Origin: a virus
Taxonomy: Duplodnaviria > Caudoviricetes
Virus record (IMG/VR): IMGVR_UViG_3300025365_000008
Location: 1-35,719 of that record
DNA length: 35,719 bases
Strand: one strand, 5' to 3'
Positions 1 to 8,854 of this stretch are shown here, in pieces. Positions within the stretch are counted from its first letter, which is position 1, and each line of letters begins with the position of its first letter. Position numbers and translations under genes: made by a program. The notes below the pieces were generated by a model. It did no database searches, was not told the DNA's origin, and worked only from the letters and a program-made list of their open reading frames with translations.

Positions 1-523
1 GCACAAGTGCAGTAATAACCACTTCATTGCCTACACCTAAACCAAATAATGACTGACCAACTGCAATTGTGCCAGACTGCATTAAAGACACAGTCAATGT
101 TGTTCCGGAGATTGAAGCTCTAAATATAGCTGACGCAGGATTACTAATACGCCAAGTATAACGATAAGTACCATCAACAATATAGACGTTTTGACCATTG
201 TCGGTAATTCCTACAATACCTGATGAGGTATTTAATTGACCTACTAATGTTGGGGTTAGATTAGACGTTAAAACATAAACATAAGGCCCACAAACTGCAA
301 CAGCATATTGCCCACCACTAACAGTTCTCATTCCTCGCACTTCAGCCATTGCTGACAAAACTGCTTTAGTGGTTAAGCCTGGTGTCGGATATAAAGCCAC
401 CACACCATTCTGACCTGCTTGTTTGGTGATATCTATTTCTGTACGAAAATTGATGCAATCTTCGCCATTGACATAAATCGATGGTGCAACATAGGAAGGG
501 CCAACAAAGCCAAAGTCTGCCAT
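1..523 (-). CDS. P22 gp10-like tail hub / packaged DNA stabilization protein, 5' part (continues across the circular junction to 33978; 711 aa in total)
   Basis: Manual translation from ATG at 523 gives MADFGFVGPSYVAPSIYVNGEDCINF...ALYPTPGL...[11 protein letters not shown] with no stop, in frame with ORF 33978..35687; LYPTPG is typical of gp10 N-termini. Confidence 0.88.
   Translation of the reverse strand, partial: MADFGFVGPSYVAPSIYVNGEDCINFRTEIDITKQAGQNGVVALYPTPGLTTKAVLSAMAEVRGMRTVSGGQYAVAVCGPYVYVLTSNLTPTLVGQLNTSSGIVGITDNGQNVYIVDGTYRYTWRISNPASAIFRASISGTTLTVSLMQSGTIAVGQSLFGLGVGNEVVITALV
4..129. repeat. 126-bp terminal direct repeat (copy 1), circular assembly overlap
   Basis: 4-129 is identical to 35594-35719; it lies inside a gene whose frame continues across the junction. 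Confidence 0.95.
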
Positions 524-1128
524 TAAATAACTCCTTTATATCGTTCACCACGCCATATTTTATGTATGGTATTTTTGTGAACATTAAATTTATTACCTAA
601 TTCAATATGAGTCATAATCCCCTTGTTGGCTCGAACAAATCTTACTTCGTCATCTGTTAATTTTGCAGTATTCTTGTTTCCAAGCAATCCTTTGCTAATT
701 GCTTCACAATGTGATTCTGTTAATGGTTTTCCAATTCTGGCAATACTTATTTTTTCTTTGGTTTCATCTGTTAATTTAACCCCTTTACGAGGGCTTTGAA
801 CACCTTTACGCATTACACTCCATTTGCGTTTTTGGTCTTCAGAATGACTCATTGAATAGCCAGAACAACCTTCACCACCATTTGTTAAATTAATTAATTT
901 GATACCACGCTTTTTATAAACATCAATACATTCCATTTCAGCTAAAAAAGCCAATTCTTCATCTAAATTATCTTTAATTATTTCAGATACAAATCCATGC
1001 TTCGCAACATAAAATTTCCAATATCTACCTCTTTTATTTGTATCAAAGTGACGCTTGTCTTTACCTTTTCCAACATAAAAGATATTGTTAGTGTCTAATG
1101 CTCGATGTTGATAGATGTAATATTGCAT
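523..1128 (-). CDS. Free-standing GIY-YIG-like homing endonuclease with NUMOD3 repeats
   Basis: YYIYQH...FYVGKG...R...E...LINLTNGGEG followed by HSEDQKRKWS/LTDETKEKIS repeats; likely start ATG 1128; TAATG-coupled to gp10. Confidence 0.85.
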   Translation of the reverse strand: MQYYIYQHRALDTNNIFYVGKGKDKRHFDTNKRGRYWKFYVAKHGFVSEIIKDNLDEELAFLAEMECIDVYKKRGIKLINLTNGGEGCSGYSMSHSEDQKRKWSVMRKGVQSPRKGVKLTDETKEKISIARIGKPLTESHCEAISKGLLGNKNTAKLTDDEVRFVRANKGIMTHIELGNKFNVHKNTIHKIWRGERYKGVI

Positions 1129-1141
1129 AAGTATATGATTC

Positions 1142-2113
1142 TTAACGAAAAAATCCGCCTGCGAGAACCCAACCGGCATCTTTTTGCCTAGAACTTAACA
1201 AAGCGTCAGCAAATCGAGCGTTCTGAACAGGTTTCATGTTCGTACGTTTAATAGTGCTTTTAGACTGTGCTGCATAGTTCTGTACCATTGCAATTTGCGT
1301 TGGTGAGGCTTTGCCATACATCGGCATTAAACGCTCTGCTAAACACCATCTTAGGCACATATTGTAGCCTTGAGGTAAATTGATCACATCATTCTGATTT
1401 ACGAATCTTGCCAAAATGGTATTAGCAAATAGATGCATTTCGCCTTGAGATGGATTGGGCCACACAAAGATATTACCGAGTGTTTCTGTTGGCTGATAAT
1501 AAATTGCTTTAGGCCAAGGACCAGATAAAGTTTTTAAACCAATCATTTCATAATTTTCAACGCTCAATATTGCGCAAGGATAATCTAAGCCACCATTTAA
1601 TATTGGCTGACCATTACTGTTTGTATTGACTCGAACAAAGGCAGTATCAATTACTAGTGGTCTTTGGTAATAAGAGTTGATTGTTGTAGAAGATGCAGTT
1701 TGACTTATATTAACTGTATATGTGCCTGCTTCGTTAATGTTGCCACCAGCACCAGTTCCAAAGCCTACGATAGTTGTGCCACTAGAAACACCTGTTCCTG
1801 ATAGCGTCTGACCTAATGCAATTGCACCACTCTGAATCGCAGTAATGGTTAAGGTTGTGCCAGAGATTGAGCCAGTAAAGACTGCACCAATCTGCCCACC
1901 TGGTCCAATCGTGTATTGTGTTTGCCCTGGTGTGACTGGAAAGATGATTTCAGTTTTATAGTAAATCATCATTGATTCATTAGACCATTGATCTAACATA
2001 TCATTAAGCATATCAAAGGCATCTTGAGCATCCTCTGGAGCAGGAGTTTCTCCAGCAGCCAAAGCACCAATATCTTTTAATGCTCTGCTAATTATGTCGA
2101 TGGGCTGTGTCAT
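1142..2113 (-). CDS. P22 gp4-like head-to-tail adaptor with an inserted beta-rich module
   Basis: N-terminal [30 protein letters not shown] and C-terminal [19 protein letters not shown]; position upstream of gp10. Confidence 0.75.
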   Translation of the reverse strand: MTQPIDIISRALKDIGALAAGETPAPEDAQDAFDMLNDMLDQWSNESMMIYYKTEIIFPVTPGQTQYTIGPGGQIGAVFTGSISGTTLTITAIQSGAIALGQTLSGTGVSSGTTIVGFGTGAGGNINEAGTYTVNISQTASSTTINSYYQRPLVIDTAFVRVNTNSNGQPILNGGLDYPCAILSVENYEMIGLKTLSGPWPKAIYYQPTETLGNIFVWPNPSQGEMHLFANTILARFVNQNDVINLPQGYNMCLRWCLAERLMPMYGKASPTQIAMVQNYAAQSKSTIKRTNMKPVQNARFADALLSSRQKDAGWVLAGGFFR

Positions 2114-2424
2114 ATCTTCACCTTAAAAGTATTAGGTTTCCAAGGAAGTCCTGTTTCTTTGTGTTCTAAAGCCTCAAATTGTCTTTCGATTCCACTCTTT
2201 ACATGGCTTTGACCATCTCGATCTGTTTCCTTTTCAAGCCAGTCAATGCAGTTTAGCTCTGTTACATCTTCTAAAGGAATACCCATTTCTGGATCAGTAA
2301 AGAACATTGTTCCTTCAGAATCTATGCTCATTTTCCCATTAAATCCTGTGCAAAGATACTTTATGCCAGTAATTAACTCGCCTTTAGTATATAAATTTAA
2401 AATCTTCCAAGTATATGAAATCAT
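2110..2424 (-). CDS. Conserved phage protein, probable tail fibre assembly-associated
   Basis: MISYTWKI...GLPW pattern seen in tail-cluster proteins; ATGA overlap at 2421-2424. Confidence 0.55.
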   Translation of the reverse strand: MISYTWKILNLYTKGELITGIKYLCTGFNGKMSIDSEGTMFFTDPEMGIPLEDVTELNCIDWLEKETDRDGQSHVKSGIERQFEALEHKETGLPWKPNTFKVKI

Positions 2425-2750
2425 GCCCACACCCTTATAGGATTCGTAACTACACTAATAAAAGGTCTCAAAGGCTCAATGTCCTCATCATCCAATAACC
2501 GAATATTAACCCCATAGTTAGGAGGAGGATAGGGAATAGGCTCATAATCATCAGGAGTAGGAATTGGTGGTCGCTGATAGACTGTTCCAATGACCGATAT
2601 GTTCTGATAATTAGGTTGTAAATATGATTCAGTTTTAACGATTTCAGTAGGCTGACCTTGTTCATCGAGTTCATACTCCGTAGGCACAATGGTATAAAGA
2701 ATCGGAATTGATTCGGCTTCGTCTGTAAAGGATAGGTATAAGTCTTGCAT
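2421..2750 (-). CDS. Acidic hypothetical protein, probable fibre chaperone
   Basis: Directly follows the fibre gene; MQDLYLSF...NPIRVWA pattern. Confidence 0.5.
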   Translation of the reverse strand: MQDLYLSFTDEAESIPILYTIVPTEYELDEQGQPTEIVKTESYLQPNYQNISVIGTVYQRPPIPTPDDYEPIPYPPPNYGVNIRLLDDEDIEPLRPFISVVTNPIRVWA

Positions 2751-2752
2751 AA

Positions 2753-4501
2753 TTAGCTTCCTGTGAGGGCTTGGAGTTGAGTTGCAGTTAAAGCTTGTGG
2801 GTAATAAGCATATTTTTTTATTCGACCACCAAATCCAACATAATTACTAAAAGATGTGCCACCAAAATATAATTGGTTTACTATTGGCATTTGCCCTGTA
2901 AATGTTGTGGAATTACTATTTGTTCCGTTAAATACAACAGCAGATGTGCTATTCATTTGTAAAGAACCTGCTATTTTGTAAAAAGAATTACTTAATCCTA
3001 AAGCAGAAGCTCCTGAGCTTAGCTGTATATTTGAACCACCTGAAACAGAATAAAGCATTCCATTTGTGGTTGCATAAGAAAGTAAAAAATAACCTGAACC
3101 ACTTATTGTTGCACCTGCACCAAGTCCACCAAATAAAGCTCCAGCGTTTTGCGATGGTTGTGATTCGATGTATTGTGTTCCCTGTTGATTGTTAAACCAA
3201 CTACTAAAGTTAGTTCCTGTCATTGATGCGTTATCACTAGCCCTAGTTACTTGGGCAGAAGTAGTGGCAATATATGAGGTAGGAAATGCGAGGGCTTCGA
3301 GTTGTGCTCCCCAAATGTAAATGCCTGAATAGCCATCACCCACATGACCTGATTGCGCGTAGGAAAATTTATCTGTTGCAGATGCAGCAGTTATTCCGAC
3401 CCCTGCAAAATAAGTTCCTATTGCTTGACTTCCTGTAACGGAAACTCTATACCAACCATTGCCAACAGGTGTTATTGTTGAATTTATATATATTGCATTA
3501 GGATTAGCAATTGCACTAATAACGCCTGTTGATAAATTTACATCTACTGCTGCCCAGATATTTGGGACTTGAAACATTAAATAAACAAATGCCCTTGTTC
3601 TTTCTGCCGCTTTCAAATAAACAGAAGCCGTAAGCGTTGTTCCTGATGTAGTAGATGCACTTTGATAATTAATATAAGTTAAAGTATTTGTTGTTGTATC
3701 ATACAATTTATACGCAGTTTGCGTTCCATCAGGTGCAATATTTGCCAATGCAGTTAAATTATATGCACCATAAGATCCGTTATTCCACCCTGTATTAAAA
3801 GATGAACTTTGTAACTGTAAATTAGTAGAACTCTGCTCAATCAACAAGCCTAAACTTTCCCCTGTTGTAGGATTAAAATCAAATCTAGGTGCGTTAATAG
3901 GTGCAGTTAGTAACTGAGGTATGTAGTTCGTTATTGCTGTGGTAGTTGTAATATTAGTTGCAGTTGCACTACTTCTATTTTCTAATTGTGAACCATAAAT
4001 ATTGATTGCATCGCCACTTGTAACAATCTGAATACCAATAGTTCTAGAACCTGCCGATGGTGTAGCAGTATAAGTATATTTAGCCCATGAGCCTGTGATT
4101 GTGACTGGACTTAGTGTAGAACCATCAAGCGTTAAGTTAATCGTGCCTGTGCCTGTTACACGCTGAATATAAATGCTTTCTGTGTAGGCAGTTGCAGTTA
4201 ATGTTAATGTTTGATATAAAGTTGCGTTTCCAGCAGTTGCAGTCATTGAAAAAGCAGTTGTTCCACCCGCAGGATCAGTTACTCCACTTGCAATAGTCGC
4301 ACTTGTAGCTACCCACGCAGAATTACTAAATGTATTGCTATATAACAACAAATTCTGCTCTGCCAATACACTTGTCTTACCATCATAGTAAGGTGCAGTA
4401 GTTGACCTACTAAATGTCACTCTTGGATCAAGTTGCTGACTATTAGCAAAATCAAGTAAAATTGATGGTTTTATAGCGGGAAAGTTAGCGGTTATTGACA
4501 T
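2753..4501 (-). CDS. Tail/head fibre (receptor-binding) protein with tandem carbohydrate-binding-like and LamG-like domains
   Basis: LDPRVTFSRS, PRFDFNP..GESLGLLIEQ, two NL...W...G[SA]QLE units, PTSYIATT..QVTRASD, C-terminal YYPQALT..QLQALT. Confidence 0.75.
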   Translation of the reverse strand: MSITANFPAIKPSILLDFANSQQLDPRVTFSRSTTAPYYDGKTSVLAEQNLLLYSNTFSNSAWVATSATIASGVTDPAGGTTAFSMTATAGNATLYQTLTLTATAYTESIYIQRVTGTGTINLTLDGSTLSPVTITGSWAKYTYTATPSAGSRTIGIQIVTSGDAINIYGSQLENRSSATATNITTTTAITNYIPQLLTAPINAPRFDFNPTTGESLGLLIEQSSTNLQLQSSSFNTGWNNGSYGAYNLTALANIAPDGTQTAYKLYDTTTNTLTYINYQSASTTSGTTLTASVYLKAAERTRAFVYLMFQVPNIWAAVDVNLSTGVISAIANPNAIYINSTITPVGNGWYRVSVTGSQAIGTYFAGVGITAASATDKFSYAQSGHVGDGYSGIYIWGAQLEALAFPTSYIATTSAQVTRASDNASMTGTNFSSWFNNQQGTQYIESQPSQNAGALFGGLGAGATISGSGYFLLSYATTNGMLYSVSGGSNIQLSSGASALGLSNSFYKIAGSLQMNSTSAVVFNGTNSNSTTFTGQMPIVNQLYFGGTSFSNYVGFGGRIKKYAYYPQALTATQLQALTGS

Positions 4502-5307
4502 TGTTGTTGCTCCTTCAATCTAGCAAAATAACGCTTTCTTGATTCACTCATTTTCTTTTTGCTTTCTTCAGTATATCTAAAACCTATTTTTGCTTCAGAT
4601 ATTTTTTTGCGTGTTTCAGGCGAATTAACTTTGCCTAAATGATTTAATCTTTGTTTTTCTTTTACTTCTGGTCTGTTTAACGCAATTTTTAAAGACGCGC
4701 TTAATTTTGCTTTAGTTTCATCACTTGCTTTTCTTCCCTTGCCAGCTTCTGATATTTTTCTTTTTGTTTCATCTGTATGTTTTTTTCCAAAAGACGGATT
4801 GTCTGCACCTACATTTTTACCTTTACGATTTTCAGATATTTTTTTCTTTGTTTCTTCCGTATGTGATTTTCCGTAAAAAGGATGTAATTCACCTGTCATT
4901 TTTGCTACTCTTTTAGCAATTGTTTCAACCGATTGTTTTTTACCATAATTAGGATTATTTGCACCAATTCTTGTAGCAACATACTGCCCTATTTTTTCTT
5001 TGGATTCCTTTGTATGGCGATACCCACTAATCCCATCACCACCATTTGTTGCATTGGTTAATTTATATCCTAATTTTTTTAATTGATTAATTCTTTCCAT
5101 TTCGCAAAGCAAAGATAATTCTTCATCAATATTTTTTGCAACATAATTTACAGTAAAGCCATTTGCTTTATTTACTACATTTTTCCAATACGCATTTCTT
5201 TTATATGGATGGTTTGCTCTATCGCCATGTCCTTTACCAACATAGAAAATCGCACCAGTATCTTTTCTGATGTGTTCATATACATAGAAATTAGATGCTA
5301 TCGCCAT
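4492..5307 (-). CDS. Second GIY-YIG-like homing endonuclease with multiple NUMOD3 repeats
   Basis: FYVYEH...FYVGKG...LTNATNGGDG; repeated HPFYGKSHTEETKKKISE / NPSFGKKHTDETKRKISE. Confidence 0.88.
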   Translation of the reverse strand: MAIASNFYVYEHIRKDTGAIFYVGKGHGDRANHPYKRNAYWKNVVNKANGFTVNYVAKNIDEELSLLCEMERINQLKKLGYKLTNATNGGDGISGYRHTKESKEKIGQYVATRIGANNPNYGKKQSVETIAKRVAKMTGELHPFYGKSHTEETKKKISENRKGKNVGADNPSFGKKHTDETKRKISEAGKGRKASDETKAKLSASLKIALNRPEVKEKQRLNHLGKVNSPETRKKISEAKIGFRYTEESKKKMSESRKRYFARLKEQQQCQ

Positions 5308-5570
5308 AAACTCTTTCCATTGTGAATAACTACTGCTAAATAAATAAAAATTAAGATTACTAAACAGATTGGCAATGCTAAACCAATGAAATAACCTAGT
5401 ATTGATAAAGTAATTGTTTTATGACATAAAGCCACATCAACATTGACATATTTAAAGACAAATGCCATAACAGGATTCTGCTCATAGCCACCATTTTTTA
5501 AGATAGTGCGAGTTGTATACCAATCAAGTAATTGGAGAATAAAGAATGTAAGAGTAAGAATATAAATCAT
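5298..5570 (-). CDS. Small membrane protein, DUF5658-like
   Basis: Hydrophobic segments with LQLLDWYTT...GGYEQNP...VVIHN motif. Confidence 0.65.
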   Translation of the reverse strand: MIYILTLTFFILQLLDWYTTRTILKNGGYEQNPVMAFVFKYVNVDVALCHKTITLSILGYFIGLALPICLVILIFIYLAVVIHNGKSLWR

Positions 5571-7633
5571 CCGACAATCCAGTTAGTTCCGTTATAGAAG
5601 ACAGGAATTGTTACTGAACCACCACCTACTACAGTATTCCCATAAGTAGGTGCTAAAGCGTTAGTTACATAGGCTCTCATGCCTGTAACTCCTGTTGGTA
5701 ATGTTGCTACTGTATAGCCTGTAGTTTGTGTTACACCTGTAAATACTGTTGATTTAGTAGTGTTGTTCCAATATTGACTGACATTACCACCACCATCAGC
5801 TAAAACTACATAATTAGAACCTGTGGCTGATATTGGCGCTGCCGAACCTGTGTATGCACCTAAAATAGTATTTTGTGAACCTGATGTAACTGCTTCTCCA
5901 GCACCTGTTCCAGCAAAATTTGCACCAATAAAAGTATTTCCGTATCCTGTTGTTGAATATCCTGCCCTGTATCCCACAAGTGTGTTAGCAGTAGCACCAG
6001 AACCATTATATGTATATCCTGCAAAAGCTCCAATAAATGTGCTGTAATTTCCTGTCAGATTATTGAATCCTGCTTGATAACCATTCCCAACATTACTTGT
6101 ACCTGTTGTGTTTTTATTTAATGCTTGATAACCATTTGCAAGATTATTAAATCCTGTCGTATTTGCCAATAATGCTTGATACCCATTAACAGTATTTGTA
6201 GCCACAGAGCCATTACCTAAGCCTACTGTCAGCGTATTAATAACTGCATCACCACCTAGTCTTACTGCCTTCGCATCTTGCCAAGCCATTGTTCCTAGAT
6301 ACTGATTCAGAGGTATTTGGTTTGCTCTTGTTCCAATGTCTGCCTGTGAAACAATAGCATAACTATTTTCAGTAATTGTTGTCGCAGCCAATGAGGTTGC
6401 AGTTGCCACCCCTAAAGTTGGTGTAACAAAGACTGGCGAAGTAGCCAATGCCACTACTGTGCCTGATCCTGTGGTTGAATAGGATGTTGTCCAGGCTGTG
6501 CCAGTTGAATTAGGAATACCGGCTGCTGGATAAACCATTGTTGATCCACCAATGCCCACCCATGTAAAGGCACTACCTGACCAACTCAATACAGTTGATG
6601 CAGTAGTAGGAGCAATAATAAAAGTTGTTGTACTCGCAGCGGACTGCACCGGAATACGATTTACTGCACCACCACTAATATTATTGGCTGCACCATTAAA
6701 GATACTTGCAGTCAATGTGGAAGTGCTAGGTTGAAACGATAACTTCGTTGAAGATGAGGTTAATGCTTGATTGCCACTAGTTGAGGCCACCAAAGTAGGA
6801 TACCAAGTCGCTGATGAGCTAGTATTGTCAGTAATTGCTGAATTAGTAGCATTGGTTGAAGTAGTTGCAGTGTCCGCATTGCCGGTTAATGCACCAATAA
6901 AACTTGTGGCAGTTACAGAAGTAAGTCCGGCTAATGTTGTAGAAGTGCCACCCAAAGCAATATTTGTGCTACCTATTGTTACCGAGCTATTCGTTAATGC
7001 ACCATTAGGAATATTCGTTAAAGATGCTCCAGAGCCACTAAATAAGGTTGCTTTGAATGTGCCTGTTGATGGCTGATATTGTAGTTTAGTAGAGGAAGTT
7101 TCAACAGTATTGGTTGATCCAGAGGTCGCACTATAAAATAAAGGGTAATAAGTCGCAGTATCAGTAGTTTGATCAGAAATTGTTACTGAAGTTGCAACAG
7201 TTGACCAAGATGGTGCTGATGTACCATTACTTAATAAGAATTGACCTGTTGATCCTGCTGATAAATAAGCAGTTGAGCCTAAAGCATTTTGATAAACAAT
7301 CTGCCCAGCACCACCACCACTTAAATTATTAGCAGTATTAGCAGTTCCATTAAGTGTGCCAAAGAATGTAGGAGCTGAAAATACTCCTGTGCCTGGATTC
7401 CATGTCAAACTTGGTGAAGCAATCGCTAAACCTGTTACTTGACCACTTGTTGCACTTGTAAAGGTAGGGTAAAGCGTTGCATTGACACTTGAATTTACAA
7501 TGCCAATCGATTCAGTCGCAGTAATTACGAATGGCTGACCTTGACCAATAAAGGTATTAAACGTGCCATCAAGGTTAAAGTATGCTTGAACTGGCAGTAT
7601 ATTTTGATCTACTGTTAAAGCCGGACCAGGCAT
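5567..7633 (-). CDS. Tail fibre protein
   Basis: T/S/G-rich; three ATxYP...TSG...L.[WYF][NQ]P.T repeats; NxxxGYQA beta-repeat region; C-terminal YTVATLP...PVFYNGTNW. Confidence 0.75.
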   Translation of the reverse strand: MPGPALTVDQNILPVQAYFNLDGTFNTFIGQGQPFVITATESIGIVNSSVNATLYPTFTSATSGQVTGLAIASPSLTWNPGTGVFSAPTFFGTLNGTANTANNLSGGGAGQIVYQNALGSTAYLSAGSTGQFLLSNGTSAPSWSTVATSVTISDQTTDTATYYPLFYSATSGSTNTVETSSTKLQYQPSTGTFKATLFSGSGASLTNIPNGALTNSSVTIGSTNIALGGTSTTLAGLTSVTATSFIGALTGNADTATTSTNATNSAITDNTSSSATWYPTLVASTSGNQALTSSSTKLSFQPSTSTLTASIFNGAANNISGGAVNRIPVQSAASTTTFIIAPTTASTVLSWSGSAFTWVGIGGSTMVYPAAGIPNSTGTAWTTSYSTTGSGTVVALATSPVFVTPTLGVATATSLAATTITENSYAIVSQADIGTRANQIPLNQYLGTMAWQDAKAVRLGGDAVINTLTVGLGNGSVATNTVNGYQALLANTTGFNNLANGYQALNKNTTGTSNVGNGYQAGFNNLTGNYSTFIGAFAGYTYNGSGATANTLVGYRAGYSTTGYGNTFIGANFAGTGAGEAVTSGSQNTILGAYTGSAAPISATGSNYVVLADGGGNVSQYWNNTTKSTVFTGVTQTTGYTVATLPTGVTGMRAYVTNALAPTYGNTVVGGGSVTIPVFYNGTNWIVG

Positions 7634-7642
7634 AAAAACTCC

Positions 7643-7999
7643 TTAGTTTTGATCTACCATTGGCATTACATAAAGCGTTGTTCCTGATGTACCAATAGCA
7701 GTAATTGCAAAACTTGGTGGAACTGCAATAACTGTTGGCTGACTCATGCTGACACCTAACACAAAACTTTGGCTTGTATTGCCACCAGTCGGTAATACCG
7801 CAGGATTAGCAGTTGTGGTTGTACCTGCAATGGCCGAAGCAATCGTAATTGCCACAGGATTTGCAGAGGTATTTAAGAATCCACAAAAGTTAACTTGATC
7901 ATTACCATTGGGAGTGATGGTCACTGATGTGGAAGAAGTGCCTGTAACTGCAATCGCAGTCGTAGGTCCTACAAAACGATATGCAGATACGTTAGCCAT
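7643..7999 (-). CDS. Putative virion structural protein
   Basis: Beta-rich 118 aa ORF with AGGAG RBS in the structural operon. Confidence 0.55.
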   Translation of the reverse strand: MANVSAYRFVGPTTAIAVTGTSSTSVTITPNGNDQVNFCGFLNTSANPVAITIASAIAGTTTTANPAVLPTGGNTSQSFVLGVSMSQPTVIAVPPSFAITAIGTSGTTLYVMPMVDQN

Positions 8000-8002
8000 A
8001 AT

Positions 8003-8329
8003 TTAAACCATATTTAGAGGTAAAGGTCCATCAGTTCTTGTTACTGCAAAGACATAAGTTCCCGCAGCAGGTGTAACTGAAGCATTTGTTGTATTCGCAA
8101 ACTGAACTGTTAAAACACCGGCAGTCAATACATCGCATTCAGCAATAATAATACCTGCTGTTTGATTACCATTTAAACCAACTGCGATAACTTGGTCAGT
8201 AGTTTGTAAGCCTGCGATATTAAAATTTTGTGCTGCTGAAGTATAAGACGCTACTGCAACAGGTGTTAAAGATGGTCCAATGAAAGTCGTGGATAAAACA
8301 TTACCACGAGTGATTGTTGTAGATGGCAT
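8003..8329 (-). CDS. Putative capsid decoration/structural protein
   Basis: Beta-rich 108 aa ORF with AGGA RBS, downstream of the coat gene. Confidence 0.55.
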   Translation of the reverse strand: MPSTTITRGNVLSTTFIGPSLTPVAVASYTSAAQNFNIAGLQTTDQVIAVGLNGNQTAGIIIAECDVLTAGVLTVQFANTTNASVTPAAGTYVFAVTRTDGPLPLNMV

Positions 8330-8372
8330 GATTATTCCTTTATAAGAAGTAACTTTAATTATAAAACAAGTA

Positions 8373-8404
8373 ATAAAAAACCCCTAATTAAAGGGGTTTT
8401 TTAT
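8373..8404. terminator. Bidirectional rho-independent terminator
   Basis: ATAAAAAACCCCT-N6-AGGGGTTTTTTAT perfect inverted repeat just after 8411..8836. Confidence 0.85.
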
Positions 8405-8410
8405 GCTCAA

Positions 8411-8836
8411 TTAAGAGTAAGTGCTGAAATCATAGCCATAAACGTATACGTCCATTGTAGCCGCTGCACCTTGTGCAGTTCCTACGTTGAGGTATAAATT
8501 TTGACCTGATTGGATTGCTGTTGATGCAACAGTTCTCTGGCTTACTACTGTTGAGCCTGTTAATGCGGATAAAGCAGCATTAGCAACAACACCAGTTCCA
8601 CCGGCAGATGGAGCAGTAAATAGACCTGCTGCGGCTGTTGTGAGGGAAGTTGATGCGTTGGTAAATACTACGTTAGAAACAGAGTAGTTAGTAGAGTTGA
8701 TGATAGGCAATACTACCTGATCACCTGTTGCGTTGACGTTTACACCTGTTGCGACTGCCAACAAACGAATTGCTTGGTTTGTTGCCAAATTGCTTGGGTG
8801 AATCGTTACGGTTGTTGCTGGTCCTGGATTAGACAT
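8411..8836 (-). CDS. Putative capsid decoration/cement protein
   Basis: Immediately after the coat gene, strong AAGGAG RBS, beta-sandwich-like composition, followed by a terminator. Confidence 0.6.
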   Translation of the reverse strand: MSNPGPATTVTIHPSNLATNQAIRLLAVATGVNVNATGDQVVLPIINSTNYSVSNVVFTNASTSLTTAAAGLFTAPSAGGTGVVANAALSALTGSTVVSQRTVASTAIQSGQNLYLNVGTAQGAAATMDVYVYGYDFSTYS

Positions 8837-8854
8837 TTTATTTTCTCCTTAAAA

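Noticed and set aside
366-584. 72-aa ORF from the track
   Set aside because: Out-of-frame shadow over the real gp10 start (523) and the HEG end
523-5307. Group I introns housing the two homing endonucleases
   Set aside because: Both HEGs abut or overlap intact neighbouring genes, leaving no non-coding room for a ribozyme core
2753-7633. Diversity-generating retroelement or invertible fibre switch
   Set aside because: No reverse transcriptase or invertase; fibre repeats are diverged protein-level repeats, not TR/VR pairs
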